From Oscillospiraceae bacterium (GTDB lineage: Bacteria > Bacillota > Clostridia > Oscillospirales > Oscillospiraceae): a stretch of 64,000 nucleotides of DNA. Every line of letters starts with the position of its first letter. The first letter of the stretch is position 1. The stretch covers positions 464 through 64,463 of the forward strand of contig JAAWUC010000002.1 of NCBI GenBank assembly GCA_022804995.1, read 5' to 3'. This document shows positions 26,451 to 35,101 of this stretch, piece after piece. A model generated the notes under the pieces. The model worked only from the letters and a program-made list of their open reading frames with translations. It searched no databases and was not told the DNA's origin. Made by a program: the position numbers and the translations under genes.

Positions 26451-27560
26451 TTACTCCTCCGTATCATATCGGTCTGCCCTGTAGCTGCGGCCCCGGGCAT
26501 AGGGGCGGTTGTCCACCCGGCCCGCCTCGGTGGTGGAGGGGCCGCTCTGCTTGGGCTGCTGGACCCTTCTGGGCTTTTTGGACTCTGTCTCCCGCTGCTC
26601 CTGGGCCTTTTTCTTGGCCTCCTCCATGCGCAGCTTCCGCGCGGCCTCCCGCTTGGCGGCCCGCTCCTCCTCCTCGGCGTTGATCTTCTTGGTGTAGAAC
26701 CTGCCAAGCAGGTACTCGCGGATCATGAGCCACAGGCTGTTGGCAATCCAGTACAGGCCCAGTCCGGCGGGCATAACGAAGCAGAACCAGATGCTCATCA
26801 GGGGCATCATGATGTTTATCATCTTCATGCTGGCCTGCTGCTCCTGGCTCTGACCGTTGGATCTGCTGATCACGATGGTCTGCACATAGTTGAGGGCCGC
26901 TGCCAGCACGGGGATCAGAATCAGCCCAATCATCGCCCACTCCGGGGCAAAATTCTTGATTGCCGCCTGGGGCTGAAGGCTCAGATCGACCCCCAGGAAA
27001 TCGAATTGCATATGGAGCAGCTTGCTGCCCACGCCCTCGATGCCGGACCAGTCGTACCTGTCCCAGTTCTGGGAAATAAAGTTGGCCAGATCGATCTGCT
27101 CATAGGCGCCGAAGGCCCCGTTGGACATAGTCTCCGCCGCGTAGCCCAGCCCCTCCGCGGCCTTCCGCAGGGCGTCGCAGGCGGCCTCGCTGATACCCAT
27201 GAAATAGACGATAGGCTGTCGAATGATGGAGTACAGGGGAACGAGGATAAACATAGGCACCAGGGACCACAGGCACCCGCCCATGGGGTTGATGCCCTCC
27301 TCCTGATAGAGCTTTGCCAGTTCCTCCTGATATTTCTGCTGGTTGTTGGCGTACTGCTTCTGCAGCTCCGCCTGCTTGCTGGACATCATGCCCATGCGGA
27401 TCATGCTGCGCTTGGACTTCATCTGGAGAGGCACCATGATCAGGGTGACAACCAGACTGAACAGGATGATAGACGCGCCGTAGGACCCGGTGACGGCGTA
27501 CAATCCCCGCAGCACCGCCGCGAAGGGCAGGCTGACGATTTTGCCAAAGGCACCAAACAT
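26451..27560 (-). CDS. yidC: membrane protein insertase YidC with basic C-terminal tail
   Basis: The polytopic core has the PAGLGLYW motif. The Lys/Arg/Glu-rich C-terminus resembles the ribosome-binding tails of Gram-positive YidC2. Confidence 0.9.
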   Translation of the reverse strand: MFGAFGKIVSLPFAAVLRGLYAVTGSYGASIILFSLVVTLIMVPLQMKSKRSMIRMGMMSSKQAELQKQYANNQQKYQEELAKLYQEEGINPMGGCLWSLVPMFILVPLYSIIRQPIVYFMGISEAACDALRKAAEGLGYAAETMSNGAFGAYEQIDLANFISQNWDRYDWSGIEGVGSKLLHMQFDFLGVDLSLQPQAAIKNFAPEWAMIGLILIPVLAAALNYVQTIVISRSNGQSQEQQASMKMINIMMPLMSIWFCFVMPAGLGLYWIANSLWLMIREYLLGRFYTKKINAEEEERAAKREAARKLRMEEAKKKAQEQRETESKKPRRVQQPKQSGPSTTEAGRVDNRPYARGRSYRADRYDTEE

Positions 27561-27602
27561 TGACGTTTTTCCTCCGATTGAAAAGTCGATGGACGTCCGG
27601 CC

Positions 27603-27815
27603 CTAGGGGACCGGGTCGTAAAGAGGCCCCTTATAGAAGGGGTGGCATCGCAGAAAGCGCCGGAGGGCCAGCCACCCGCCCCTCGCCGCCCCGTACTTCT
27701 CCACGGCCTCCAGGGCATACTGGGAGCAGGTGGGGATAAAGCGGCACCGCGGGGGCAGGCCGGGGGAGATGGAGCGCTGGTAGAAGCGGATGAGCCGGAC
27801 AAGGATACGTTTCAT
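27603..27815 (-). CDS. yidD: membrane protein insertion efficiency factor YidD
   Basis: [31 protein letters not shown] overlap with the rnpA stop. Confidence 0.9.
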   Translation of the reverse strand: MKRILVRLIRFYQRSISPGLPPRCRFIPTCSQYALEAVEKYGAARGGWLALRRFLRCHPFYKGPLYDPVP

Positions 27816-28150
27816 TTTTCCTCCTCCATGAGTCCCAGCTCCCGGCAGGCCCGCCGGAAATCTGCTGTCAGCTTCCGCCAGGGCCCGTCCACCGACCGCG
27901 CCCTGGCCACCAGGATCACATCCCAGCCTTGCTTCATCTCCGGCTGCGCCAGGCGAAAGACCTCCCGGAGCCGCCGCCTGGCCCGGTTGCGGACCACAGC
28001 GCCGCCCAGCTTGGTGCTGACGGTGACGCCCAGGCGGTTTTTCCCAAACCGGCCCCGGCGGCAGTAGACAACCATGGACGGGGTGACAACGGACTTTGCC
28101 TTGGCGTACATCCGCTTAAACGCCCGATTTTCCTTAATGGTATCCCTCAC
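27812..28150 (-). CDS. rnpA: ribonuclease P protein component
   Basis: The GTG at 28150 follows GGAGGGAGG. Motifs [10 protein letters not shown] and the RNR motif [12 protein letters not shown]. It lies downstream of rpmH. Confidence 0.85.
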   Translation of the reverse strand: MRDTIKENRAFKRMYAKAKSVVTPSMVVYCRRGRFGKNRLGVTVSTKLGGAVVRNRARRRLREVFRLAQPEMKQGWDVILVARARSVDGPWRKLTADFRRACRELGLMEEEK

Positions 28151-28246
28151 TGTCCCGCCTCCCTCCGGAAAAAGCCCAAGGGACGGCAGGAAAACGCCCT
28201 GACCGTCCCCGTGATCCATCTATTCGCGATGCAAGCTCCGCTTTAC

Positions 28247-28381
28247 TCAGTGGGTCAGGCGAGCGCGGCCCTTGGCCCGGCGGCGGGCGAGCACCTTGCG
28301 GCCGTTGGCGGTCCGCATTCTCTTGCGGAAGCCGTGCTCCTTGGAGCGCTGGCGCTTCTTGGGCTGATAGGTACGGAACAT
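28247..28381 (-). CDS. rpmH: 50S ribosomal protein L34 (44 aa, not in ORF track)
   Basis: My own translation: [50 protein letters not shown] at 28391-28396 lies 9 nt from the ATG at 28381. Confidence 0.95.
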   Translation of the reverse strand: MFRTYQPKKRQRSKEHGFRKRMRTANGRKVLARRRAKGRARLTH

Positions 28382-28509
28382 TTGCATACACCTCCTGTTC
28401 AGAATCTGCTGTACGGCGAGGGGCCGTACTACTCGACGGCGGGCGGCGTCCGTTCAGATGCCGCCCCGCAGTTGACAAGAAAAATTCTGTCTTTTGACAG
28501 GTGAAACTC

Positions 28510-28538
28510 ATTATACATAAATTTCTGGAAGGTGTCAA
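28510..28538 (-). promoter_or_regulatory. consensus sigma-A promoter of the rpmH operon
   Basis: Minus strand TTGACA (28538-28533), 17 nt spacer, TATAAT (28515-28510). Confidence 0.7.
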
Positions 28539-28566
28539 CATAAAAATTCTTCAATTCGCAGAGTAC

Positions 28567-28601
28567 AAAAAATAGTAGGGGCGGATAATATCCGCCCCTA
28601 C
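28567..28601 (-). terminator. terminator of the WG-repeat protein gene
   Basis: Stem GTAGGGGCGGAT / ATCCGCCCCTAC, followed on the minus strand by TATTTTTT. Confidence 0.7.
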
Positions 28602-28618
28602 AAAGATTTTCTCTTTTC

Positions 28619-30439
28619 TCAGGCGGTATACCCCGCGCTGGTGTCAATAGTAATCGTCTTGCTGGCATTATCCCAGCCAATCCCGAAATCGAACGCCTGG
28701 CCGATATCCCGCAGCTTAAAATAGTTATTCCCGTCGATGGTGTAAGCGGTCAAAGCCACCTCTTTCCCATCAATCAGCAGCTTGGAGGCGGAGACGGCGG
28801 CGGCCTTGCTCCCGGCGCTCTTGGCGCCCATCTCGCTGCCGTTGGCGGTGTAGCCCTGGCCGGAGGTCAGCGTGATGGTCTTGGAGGCATTGTCCCAGCC
28901 CACCTCGAACTGCTTCTCGGTGCCGCTGAGCACATAGGCCAGATCTCTCAGCTTAAAGTAGTTGCTCCCGTCGATGGTATAGGCGTCGAAGGCCACTTCC
29001 TTGCCGTTGACCAGTACCTTGGAATTGGTGGGGCTGGCGCTGGGGCCGGAGGGCTGGGCGGGGGTGCTGGGGGTGCTGGGAGCGGAGGACACGGACGGCT
29101 CAGTCCAGCCGGAGGACTTTATAATGCTCATTTTACCGTCGCCGTTAAAATTCTTTACCACAAAAACTCCAGGCTCGTCGGTGTATTCTACCTCGGTGAG
29201 TGTGCAGGGCACGACCTCCGCGCCGGTGGTGTCCACAAAGCCCCATTTGTCGTCAAAGGTTTTCACCGCCGCTACGCCGCCGGAAAAATCCTTCACCTCG
29301 GCGTACTTGCAGGACACGATTTCCCGCCCTGTGTAGTCGATGAAGCCGTACCGCCGCCTGCCGGACTCACTGCTCGAGATGCGGAAACAGCCGTTGCCGG
29401 CATTGACGGCAGAATTGTTGGTGGTTCCTGTCACCTTGCCCGTTTTATCAATGATACTATGGGAATTTACCAACGCATAGCCGTCACAGAATTCAAAGGC
29501 AGATACAGATATATACTGGCAAGGGATGACCAATACTCCTGCCTCGTTTACATAGCCATATTTATCGTCCTTTTGCACTAAAGCCATACCGTTGGCAAAG
29601 CCCCATACAAAATCATAGCCGCCGCTGACGATCTGCCCGGACTTATTGACAAACGCGTAACCGTAGTGAAAGCTGTCTTTTTGGTACATCGGTACAACCT
29701 CCGAGGAAATATCCTCCGGCCAATTATTACTCCTATAACTGTAGTCCTGAGGAAGCAGATCTTTACCCGTTGTGTCAATGACCGTCTGGCGATTGCCCAG
29801 CTGCACCACTGCGAAGCCGTTGACAAAGTGTCTTGCATTGGCGTACTGGCAGGGGATAACTACCTTGCCGGTTTTGTCCATGTAGCCGTAATAAGCGTTG
29901 GTAGCGTCATAGGTCACAGCCAGGCCGTCATAGAAATTCCCTGCCCGATAGTCATGCTCGAAGGGAATGACCACCTTGCCGGTTTTATCCACATAGCCGT
30001 ACTTTTTTGTTTCTTTATCATAAACTCTGGCAAGGCCCTCGTGGAAATCGCTCTTTCCATCCTCCTCCGGCACCAAGTTTTTCTCCAAGGTAAAGAGATA
30101 TTTGCCGGTGTTGTCCACAGCGTGCCACCTGTTGTCTTTTCTCGCCCATGCGGCGCCGTCAGAGAAGTCCATGACAGTGGGATCACTCTCGATCGCATAG
30201 GAGTGGGGCGGGATAATTATGTTGCCGTTTTTGTCGAAAGCGCCGTAGCCGGACCCGCCGCTATGTCCCCGCCAGGTGATTCCCTCATGGAAGCCTTCAA
30301 TCGTATACCCGGCCCATTCGCAGAAGCTGTAATAGGTCTCCGGCGAGACAATTTCGGTCATGGTGGCCGCAGCTGCCGGGACCGTCAGGCCCAGGCACAG
30401 CACCAGGGCCAGCGCGAGGGATAGAAGTTTCTTTCTCAT
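28619..30439 (-). CDS. secreted WG-repeat (KWG-type) protein with two C-terminal copper-amine-oxidase-N-like (stalk) domains
   Basis: Signal peptide MRKKLLSLALALVLCLGLTVPAAAA. There are many repeats of the form YGY(V/M)DKTGKVVIP..Y....F.(D/N)G(L/F)A.V. The C-terminal domain is tandemly duplicated: SKVLVNGKEVAFDAYTIDGSNYFKLRDLAYVL...GWDNASKTITL and SKLLIDGKEVALTAYTIDGNNYFKLRDIGQAF...GWDNASKTITI. Confidence 0.8.
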   Translation of the reverse strand: MRKKLLSLALALVLCLGLTVPAAAATMTEIVSPETYYSFCEWAGYTIEGFHEGITWRGHSGGSGYGAFDKNGNIIIPPHSYAIESDPTVMDFSDGAAWARKDNRWHAVDNTGKYLFTLEKNLVPEEDGKSDFHEGLARVYDKETKKYGYVDKTGKVVIPFEHDYRAGNFYDGLAVTYDATNAYYGYMDKTGKVVIPCQYANARHFVNGFAVVQLGNRQTVIDTTGKDLLPQDYSYRSNNWPEDISSEVVPMYQKDSFHYGYAFVNKSGQIVSGGYDFVWGFANGMALVQKDDKYGYVNEAGVLVIPCQYISVSAFEFCDGYALVNSHSIIDKTGKVTGTTNNSAVNAGNGCFRISSSESGRRRYGFIDYTGREIVSCKYAEVKDFSGGVAAVKTFDDKWGFVDTTGAEVVPCTLTEVEYTDEPGVFVVKNFNGDGKMSIIKSSGWTEPSVSSAPSTPSTPAQPSGPSASPTNSKVLVNGKEVAFDAYTIDGSNYFKLRDLAYVLSGTEKQFEVGWDNASKTITLTSGQGYTANGSEMGAKSAGSKAAAVSASKLLIDGKEVALTAYTIDGNNYFKLRDIGQAFDFGIGWDNASKTITIDTSAGYTA

Positions 30440-30659
30440 ACTCTGTTTTCTCCTCCGTTAAATAAGGTTTTCCCTTGGTGACTACCAAGGGAAAAAGAGA
30501 GACGTCTCTCTTTGGCTTTCATTATAGCAAAAACTGCCACCCCGTCAAGAGCGAATTCCGTCCTGCAAACGACAAAAATCCTGACAAACACAGCCGGCCC
30601 TCCCGCCGCCGCTTTCCGCAGAAAACGCACTTTCTATTTTATTTTAGAATAAGTATCAG

Positions 30660-30688
30660 TTGCAATTCCCAGCAAATTCTGATATAAT
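30660..30688 (+). promoter_or_regulatory. candidate dnaA promoter
   Basis: TTGCAA (30660-30665), 17 nt spacer, TATAAT (30683-30688), 60 nt upstream of the dnaA ATG. Confidence 0.6.
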
Positions 30689-30748
30689 AGGCCAGTTAAG
30701 GAACCGCCGTGCCCTCCGCGGGCCAACACAGAAAAAGGGAGAGCTTCT

Positions 30749-32062
30749 ATGCAGTCAGTCGCCGATATCTGGACAATGATCCTCACCCGCCTCCGGGAGG
30801 ACCTGTCCGAAACCACCATCAAAACCTGGTTTGACGAGACCTCGGTGGTGTCCCTGGAGGGCAACACCCTGGTGCTCCACTGCCCCAACGACTTCAAGCG
30901 CAATAATATCCAGGACCGCTTCCTCCCCAGCATTGAGGCCAGTCTGAAGGACATCTTCTCCTCCGACATGACCGTCCGCCTGCTGGATGACGAGGGCCTG
31001 CGCCTTTACCGCCACCCGGAGGAGAAAAAAACGGTGTCCCTGATGGAGTCCGGGGAGTTCACCTTTGACACCTTTGTGGTGGGTCCCTCCAATACCATGG
31101 CTCACGCCGCCGCCCAGGCGGTGGCCGACGCCCCGGGCCAGCACTACAACCCCCTGCTCATCTACGGGGACTCCGGCCTGGGCAAGACCCACCTGCTCTA
31201 CGCCATCGCCCACGTCATCCGCTCCCGGGACCGCAGCGCCCGTCTGGTCTATATCAAGGGCGACGACTTTATCAACGAGTTTATCGAGCTCATCCGGGCC
31301 GGCCGGGGCAGTGAATTCCGCACCAAGTACCGGGAGGCGGACCTGCTGCTGGTGGATGACGTCCAGTTCCTGGCCGGTAAGGATCAGGTGCAGAACGAGT
31401 TTTTCCACACCTTCAACACCCTCTTCGAGGCAAAGAAGCAGATCGTCCTCACCTCCGACCGGCCTCCCCACGAGATGACCCTCCTGGATGACCGGCTGCG
31501 CACCCGCTTTGAGTGGGGCCTCCTCACCGACGTGAAGCCGCCGGATCTGGAGACCCGCATCGCCATCCTGAAAAACAAGGCTGTCCAGCTGGGGTTCATC
31601 CTGGACGACGAGACGGCCAACCATATCGCCACCAAGATCACCGCCAACGTCCGCCAGCTGGAGGGGACCATCAAAAAAATAAAGGCATTCAAAGAACTCC
31701 ACGGAATGCCGGTCAACCGGGAGACAGCCGACCGGGCAATCCAGGACATGAGCCAGTCCAACGAATTCCGCATCACCCCGGAGAACATCATCAAGGAGGT
31801 CTGCCGCTACTACCATATCGAGGAGGACCAGCTCCGGGGCCCCTCCAGGAGCCGGGACTGCCTGAACGCCCGGCAGGTAGCCATGTACCTCATCCGCCGC
31901 CTGACCAGCCTCTCCCAGGACGACACCGGCAAGCTCTTCGGAGGCCGGGATCACGCCACAGTCTACAACGCCCTCAAAAAGGTAGAAAAGCAGATGAAGA
32001 GCAGTCCCGCCTTCGCTGAAACTGTCAAGGCCATCACCACCAATATCAACTCCACCAAATAG
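30749..32062 (+). CDS. dnaA: chromosomal replication initiator protein DnaA
   Basis: AAA+ Walker A GDSGLGKTHLL, Walker B LLLVDDVQF, and a C-terminal DNA-binding domain (RQVAMYLIRRLT..S...GKLFGGRDHATVYNA). Confidence 0.97.
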   Translation: MQSVADIWTMILTRLREDLSETTIKTWFDETSVVSLEGNTLVLHCPNDFKRNNIQDRFLPSIEASLKDIFSSDMTVRLLDDEGLRLYRHPEEKKTVSLMESGEFTFDTFVVGPSNTMAHAAAQAVADAPGQHYNPLLIYGDSGLGKTHLLYAIAHVIRSRDRSARLVYIKGDDFINEFIELIRAGRGSEFRTKYREADLLLVDDVQFLAGKDQVQNEFFHTFNTLFEAKKQIVLTSDRPPHEMTLLDDRLRTRFEWGLLTDVKPPDLETRIAILKNKAVQLGFILDDETANHIATKITANVRQLEGTIKKIKAFKELHGMPVNRETADRAIQDMSQSNEFRITPENIIKEVCRYYHIEEDQLRGPSRSRDCLNARQVAMYLIRRLTSLSQDDTGKLFGGRDHATVYNALKKVEKQMKSSPAFAETVKAITTNINSTK

Positions 32063-32080
32063 CCCTGGCACAAATCAACA

Positions 32081-32340
32081 TTTTCCCCACTGTTTTCCAC
32101 AATATAACCAACATCAACCGTGTAAAACCCGTGGAAACTGATCCCCACCCCAAGCCCTGTGGAAACCGGCGGAAAACACACCCTCTTATCCACATCCCCT
32201 GTGGAAACGCTTTCTCCCTGTTTCCAACGGTTTCCGCCCCTTATCCACAAAAATTTTCTCTACTAACCCTACTGCTAAAAAAACTATTTTATTCTTCTCA
32301 TACCGGGAACATACCGCCCGGACCAAATTTTTTGAAAGGA
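32081..32340. other. oriC (dnaA-dnaN type): DnaA-box cluster, DnaA-trio-like array, AT-rich unwinding region
   Basis: Boxes: TTTTCCACA 32093-32101, CGTGGAAAC 32130-32138 (rc GTTTCCACG), TGTGGAAAC 32158-32166, TTATCCACA 32186-32194, TGTGGAAAC 32200-32208, TTATCCACA 32241-32249. In-phase CTA triplets start at 32260, 32263, 32269, 32275 and 32284. An A/T-rich tract runs to about 32340. Confidence 0.8.
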
Positions 32341-32350
32341 CAAAAACGTC

Positions 32351-33460
32351 ATGCGATTCTCCTGTGAGAAGGCAATTCTGCTTAGCGCCATCAACACCGC
32401 CTCCCGGGCCGTCTCACCCAAGAGCTCCATCCCCGCTCTGGAGGGTCTTCTGCTCCAAGCGGACAGCCGGCTGACCATCTCCGGCTACAATATGCAAACC
32501 GGCATCCGTACTGCGGTGGACGCCAGCGTCACGGAAGACGGCTGTCTGGCCGTCAACGCCCGGCTCTTCGGCGACATGATCCGCCGTCTGCCTGACGACG
32601 TGGTAAGCTTCTCCTGCGACAGCAGCTTGAATATCACCCTGATCTGCGGCGACGCCTCCTACAATATGACCGCTATCCCCGCTGACGACTACCCCGATCT
32701 CCCGGAGGTGGAGGACGAGTATTCCGTCTCCATCAGCCAGCGCCTCCTGAAAACCATGATTAGTGAAACATCCTTCGCCGTCTCCACCAACGAGGCCCGC
32801 CCGGTCCACACCGGGTCCCTCTTCGAGATCGAGGAGCAGTCCCTGACAGTCGTCAGTGTGGACGGCTTTCGGCTGGCCCTCCGCAGGGAGAAGCTGGAAA
32901 ATTCAGGAAGCGGCGCCTTCCGGTTCGTCGCCCCCGGTTCCGCCCTCAACGAGGTGGAAAAAATCTGCGGTGACGCTGACGACCCCGCCTCCATCACCCT
33001 GGGCAGCCGCCACCTCCTCTTCGAGGTAGGCCCCACCCAGCTCATCTGCCGCCGCCTGGAGGGGGAGTTTTTGGACTACCGGGCAGCTATCCCCCGGACA
33101 AACCCCATCATCCTGACGGCGGACAGCAAATCCCTCATGGCCTCCATCGACCGCGTGAGCGTGGTCATCTCCGATAAGCAGAAGAGCCCTGTCCGCTGCG
33201 TCTTTGAGCTGGATAAGGCCACGCTCTCCGCCAAAACCGCCAGTGGGGAGGCACGGGACATCTGCCGCGTGGAGGGGGACGGAAACGGCCTTGAAATCGG
33301 CTTCAACAACCGCTATCTGATGGACGCCCTCAAGTACGCCCCGGCGGACAAGGTCCGGCTGGAGCTGAATACCGGCATCTCCCCCTGTATTATTGCCCCC
33401 GTGGAGGGAGAGGAGAATTTTCTCTATATGGTACTGCCCGTGCGTCTGAAAAACAGCTGA
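32351..33460 (+). CDS. dnaN: DNA polymerase III beta sliding clamp
   Basis: About 370 aa with three-domain clamp architecture. N-terminus MRFSCEKAILLSAINTASRAV. Located downstream of dnaA. Confidence 0.97.
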   Translation: MRFSCEKAILLSAINTASRAVSPKSSIPALEGLLLQADSRLTISGYNMQTGIRTAVDASVTEDGCLAVNARLFGDMIRRLPDDVVSFSCDSSLNITLICGDASYNMTAIPADDYPDLPEVEDEYSVSISQRLLKTMISETSFAVSTNEARPVHTGSLFEIEEQSLTVVSVDGFRLALRREKLENSGSGAFRFVAPGSALNEVEKICGDADDPASITLGSRHLLFEVGPTQLICRRLEGEFLDYRAAIPRTNPIILTADSKSLMASIDRVSVVISDKQKSPVRCVFELDKATLSAKTASGEARDICRVEGDGNGLEIGFNNRYLMDALKYAPADKVRLELNTGISPCIIAPVEGEENFLYMVLPVRLKNS

Positions 33461-33475
33461 CAGGAAAGACTTACT

Positions 33476-33691
33476 ATGGAAACAATCCCCATCACAACCG
33501 AATTCATCAAGCTCCAGGATCTCATGAAGCTGGCAAACCTGGTGGGCACCGGCGGGGAGGCCAAGGTCCTCATTCTAGACGGACAGGTTTCCGTAAACGG
33601 TGGCATCTGCCTCCAGCGGGGGAAGAAGATCCGCCCCGGGGACGTGATCTCCTTCCGGGGCAGGGACTATACCGCGGCCTATGCGGATTGA
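33476..33691 (+). CDS. yaaA: S4-domain RNA-binding protein YaaA
   Basis: 71 aa. IKLQDLMKLANLVGTGGEAKVLILDGQVSVNG. Conserved position between dnaN and recF. Confidence 0.85.
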   Translation: METIPITTEFIKLQDLMKLANLVGTGGEAKVLILDGQVSVNGGICLQRGKKIRPGDVISFRGRDYTAAYAD

Positions 33692-34799
33692 CGGCATCCT
33701 GCTGGAGAACTTCCGCAACTACCGGCGGGAGGAGATCCGCTTTCACCCCCAGTGCAACGTCATCTGCGGGGAGAACGCCCAAGGCAAGACCAACCTCCTG
33801 GAGGCCATGGTGTACCTAGCCTGCGGCAAGTCCCCCCGGACCCGGTCGGACCGGGAGCTCATCCGCCTGGAGCAGGACGGCTTTCTCCTGGAGGGAACCA
33901 TTTTCTCCCGAGACCGCTCCTTCATCAGCCGCATTGAGGCCTGGGGCGGGCGGCGGAAGCGGATCACCATCAACAAGGTCCCGGCCAAGACCGCCTCGGA
34001 GCTCAGCGGCGTCCTCAATACGATCTTTTTCAGCCCGGAGGACCTCCAGCTCATCCGGGAGGGGCCGATCCAACGCCGCCGCTTTCTGGACGCCTCCCTC
34101 TGCCAGCTGCGGCCCCGGTACGCCGCCGCCCTGGCCGAGTACACCCGCCTTCACGAGCACAAAACCCGGATTCTCCGGGACTGCGCCGAGAGGCCGGATC
34201 TCATCGCCACCCTGCCGGACTTCAACCTGCGCATGGCGGAGACGGGGGCGGTGCTCATCCACTACCGCTCCCGGTTTGTCCAGCGCCTGGCCCGCCACGC
34301 GGCGGCGGCCTACGGGGAGTGCTCCGGCGGGCGGGAGGAATTATCCGTGTCCTACCAGACCGTGAAGACCGTCACGGATCCCCTGGCCGACGAGCGGGTG
34401 CTGCTAATGCAGCTGGTGGAGCACCAGCGGGCCCACCACTACGCCGAGATCTCCAGCCGCCAGTGCCTCTCCGGCCCCCACAAGGATGAGCTGGAGGTGC
34501 TGCTGGACGGCCTGAGCGCCAAGTCCTTCGCCTCCCAGGGTCAGACCCGGACGGCGGCGCTGTCCCTGAAGCTGGCGGCCCGGGAGATCCACCGGGAGCT
34601 CCTGGGGGAGTACCCGGTGCTGCTGCTGGACGACGTGCTCAGCGAGCTGGACCCCAGGCGGCAGGAGTTTGTGCTCAACCGGGTGGGCGGCGGGCAGATC
34701 TTTATCACCTGCTGCGAGGAGGACCGGCTCCACACGCTGCTCCGTGGGAATGTCTACCGGGTGCGATCCGGCGGTGTGTCTCTGGAGAAGGAGGGCTAG
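33681..34799 (+). CDS. recF: DNA replication/repair protein RecF
   Basis: Walker A GENAQGKTNLLEA, signature SQGQTRTAALSLKLA, Walker B LLLDDVLSELD. Confidence 0.95.
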   Translation: MRIDGILLENFRNYRREEIRFHPQCNVICGENAQGKTNLLEAMVYLACGKSPRTRSDRELIRLEQDGFLLEGTIFSRDRSFISRIEAWGGRRKRITINKVPAKTASELSGVLNTIFFSPEDLQLIREGPIQRRRFLDASLCQLRPRYAAALAEYTRLHEHKTRILRDCAERPDLIATLPDFNLRMAETGAVLIHYRSRFVQRLARHAAAAYGECSGGREELSVSYQTVKTVTDPLADERVLLMQLVEHQRAHHYAEISSRQCLSGPHKDELEVLLDGLSAKSFASQGQTRTAALSLKLAAREIHRELLGEYPVLLLDDVLSELDPRRQEFVLNRVGGGQIFITCCEEDRLHTLLRGNVYRVRSGGVSLEKEG

Positions 34800-34801
34800 C
34801 C

Positions 34802-35092
34802 ATGTATGTACACCTGGGCGGCGGCGTCACCGTCCCGTCCCGGGAGGTAGCGGCCGTTTTCGATTTGGACAACGCCACCACCTCCATCCACACCCGCCGC
34901 TTTCTGGAGCGGGCCCAGGAGGAGGGGATGCTCCTGCCCATCGGGGAGGATCTGCCCAAATCCCTGGTGGTCTGCTGCCCCAAGGGCGGCTGGCAGAGGG
35001 TCTACCTCTCCCCCATGTCTCCCGCCACCCTTCAGGGGCGGCTTGCCGGTCCCGGCGGGGCCCGGAATGGAACTACCCAGTTTTTGCGTTAG
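34802..35092 (+). CDS. DUF370 protein (YaaB/RemB-like)
   Basis: 96 aa, in the conserved slot between recF and gyrB as in Bacillus. Motif VAAVFDLD. Confidence 0.75.
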   Translation: MYVHLGGGVTVPSREVAAVFDLDNATTSIHTRRFLERAQEEGMLLPIGEDLPKSLVVCCPKGGWQRVYLSPMSPATLQGRLAGPGGARNGTTQFLR

Positions 35093-35101
35093 GAGAATCA
35101 T

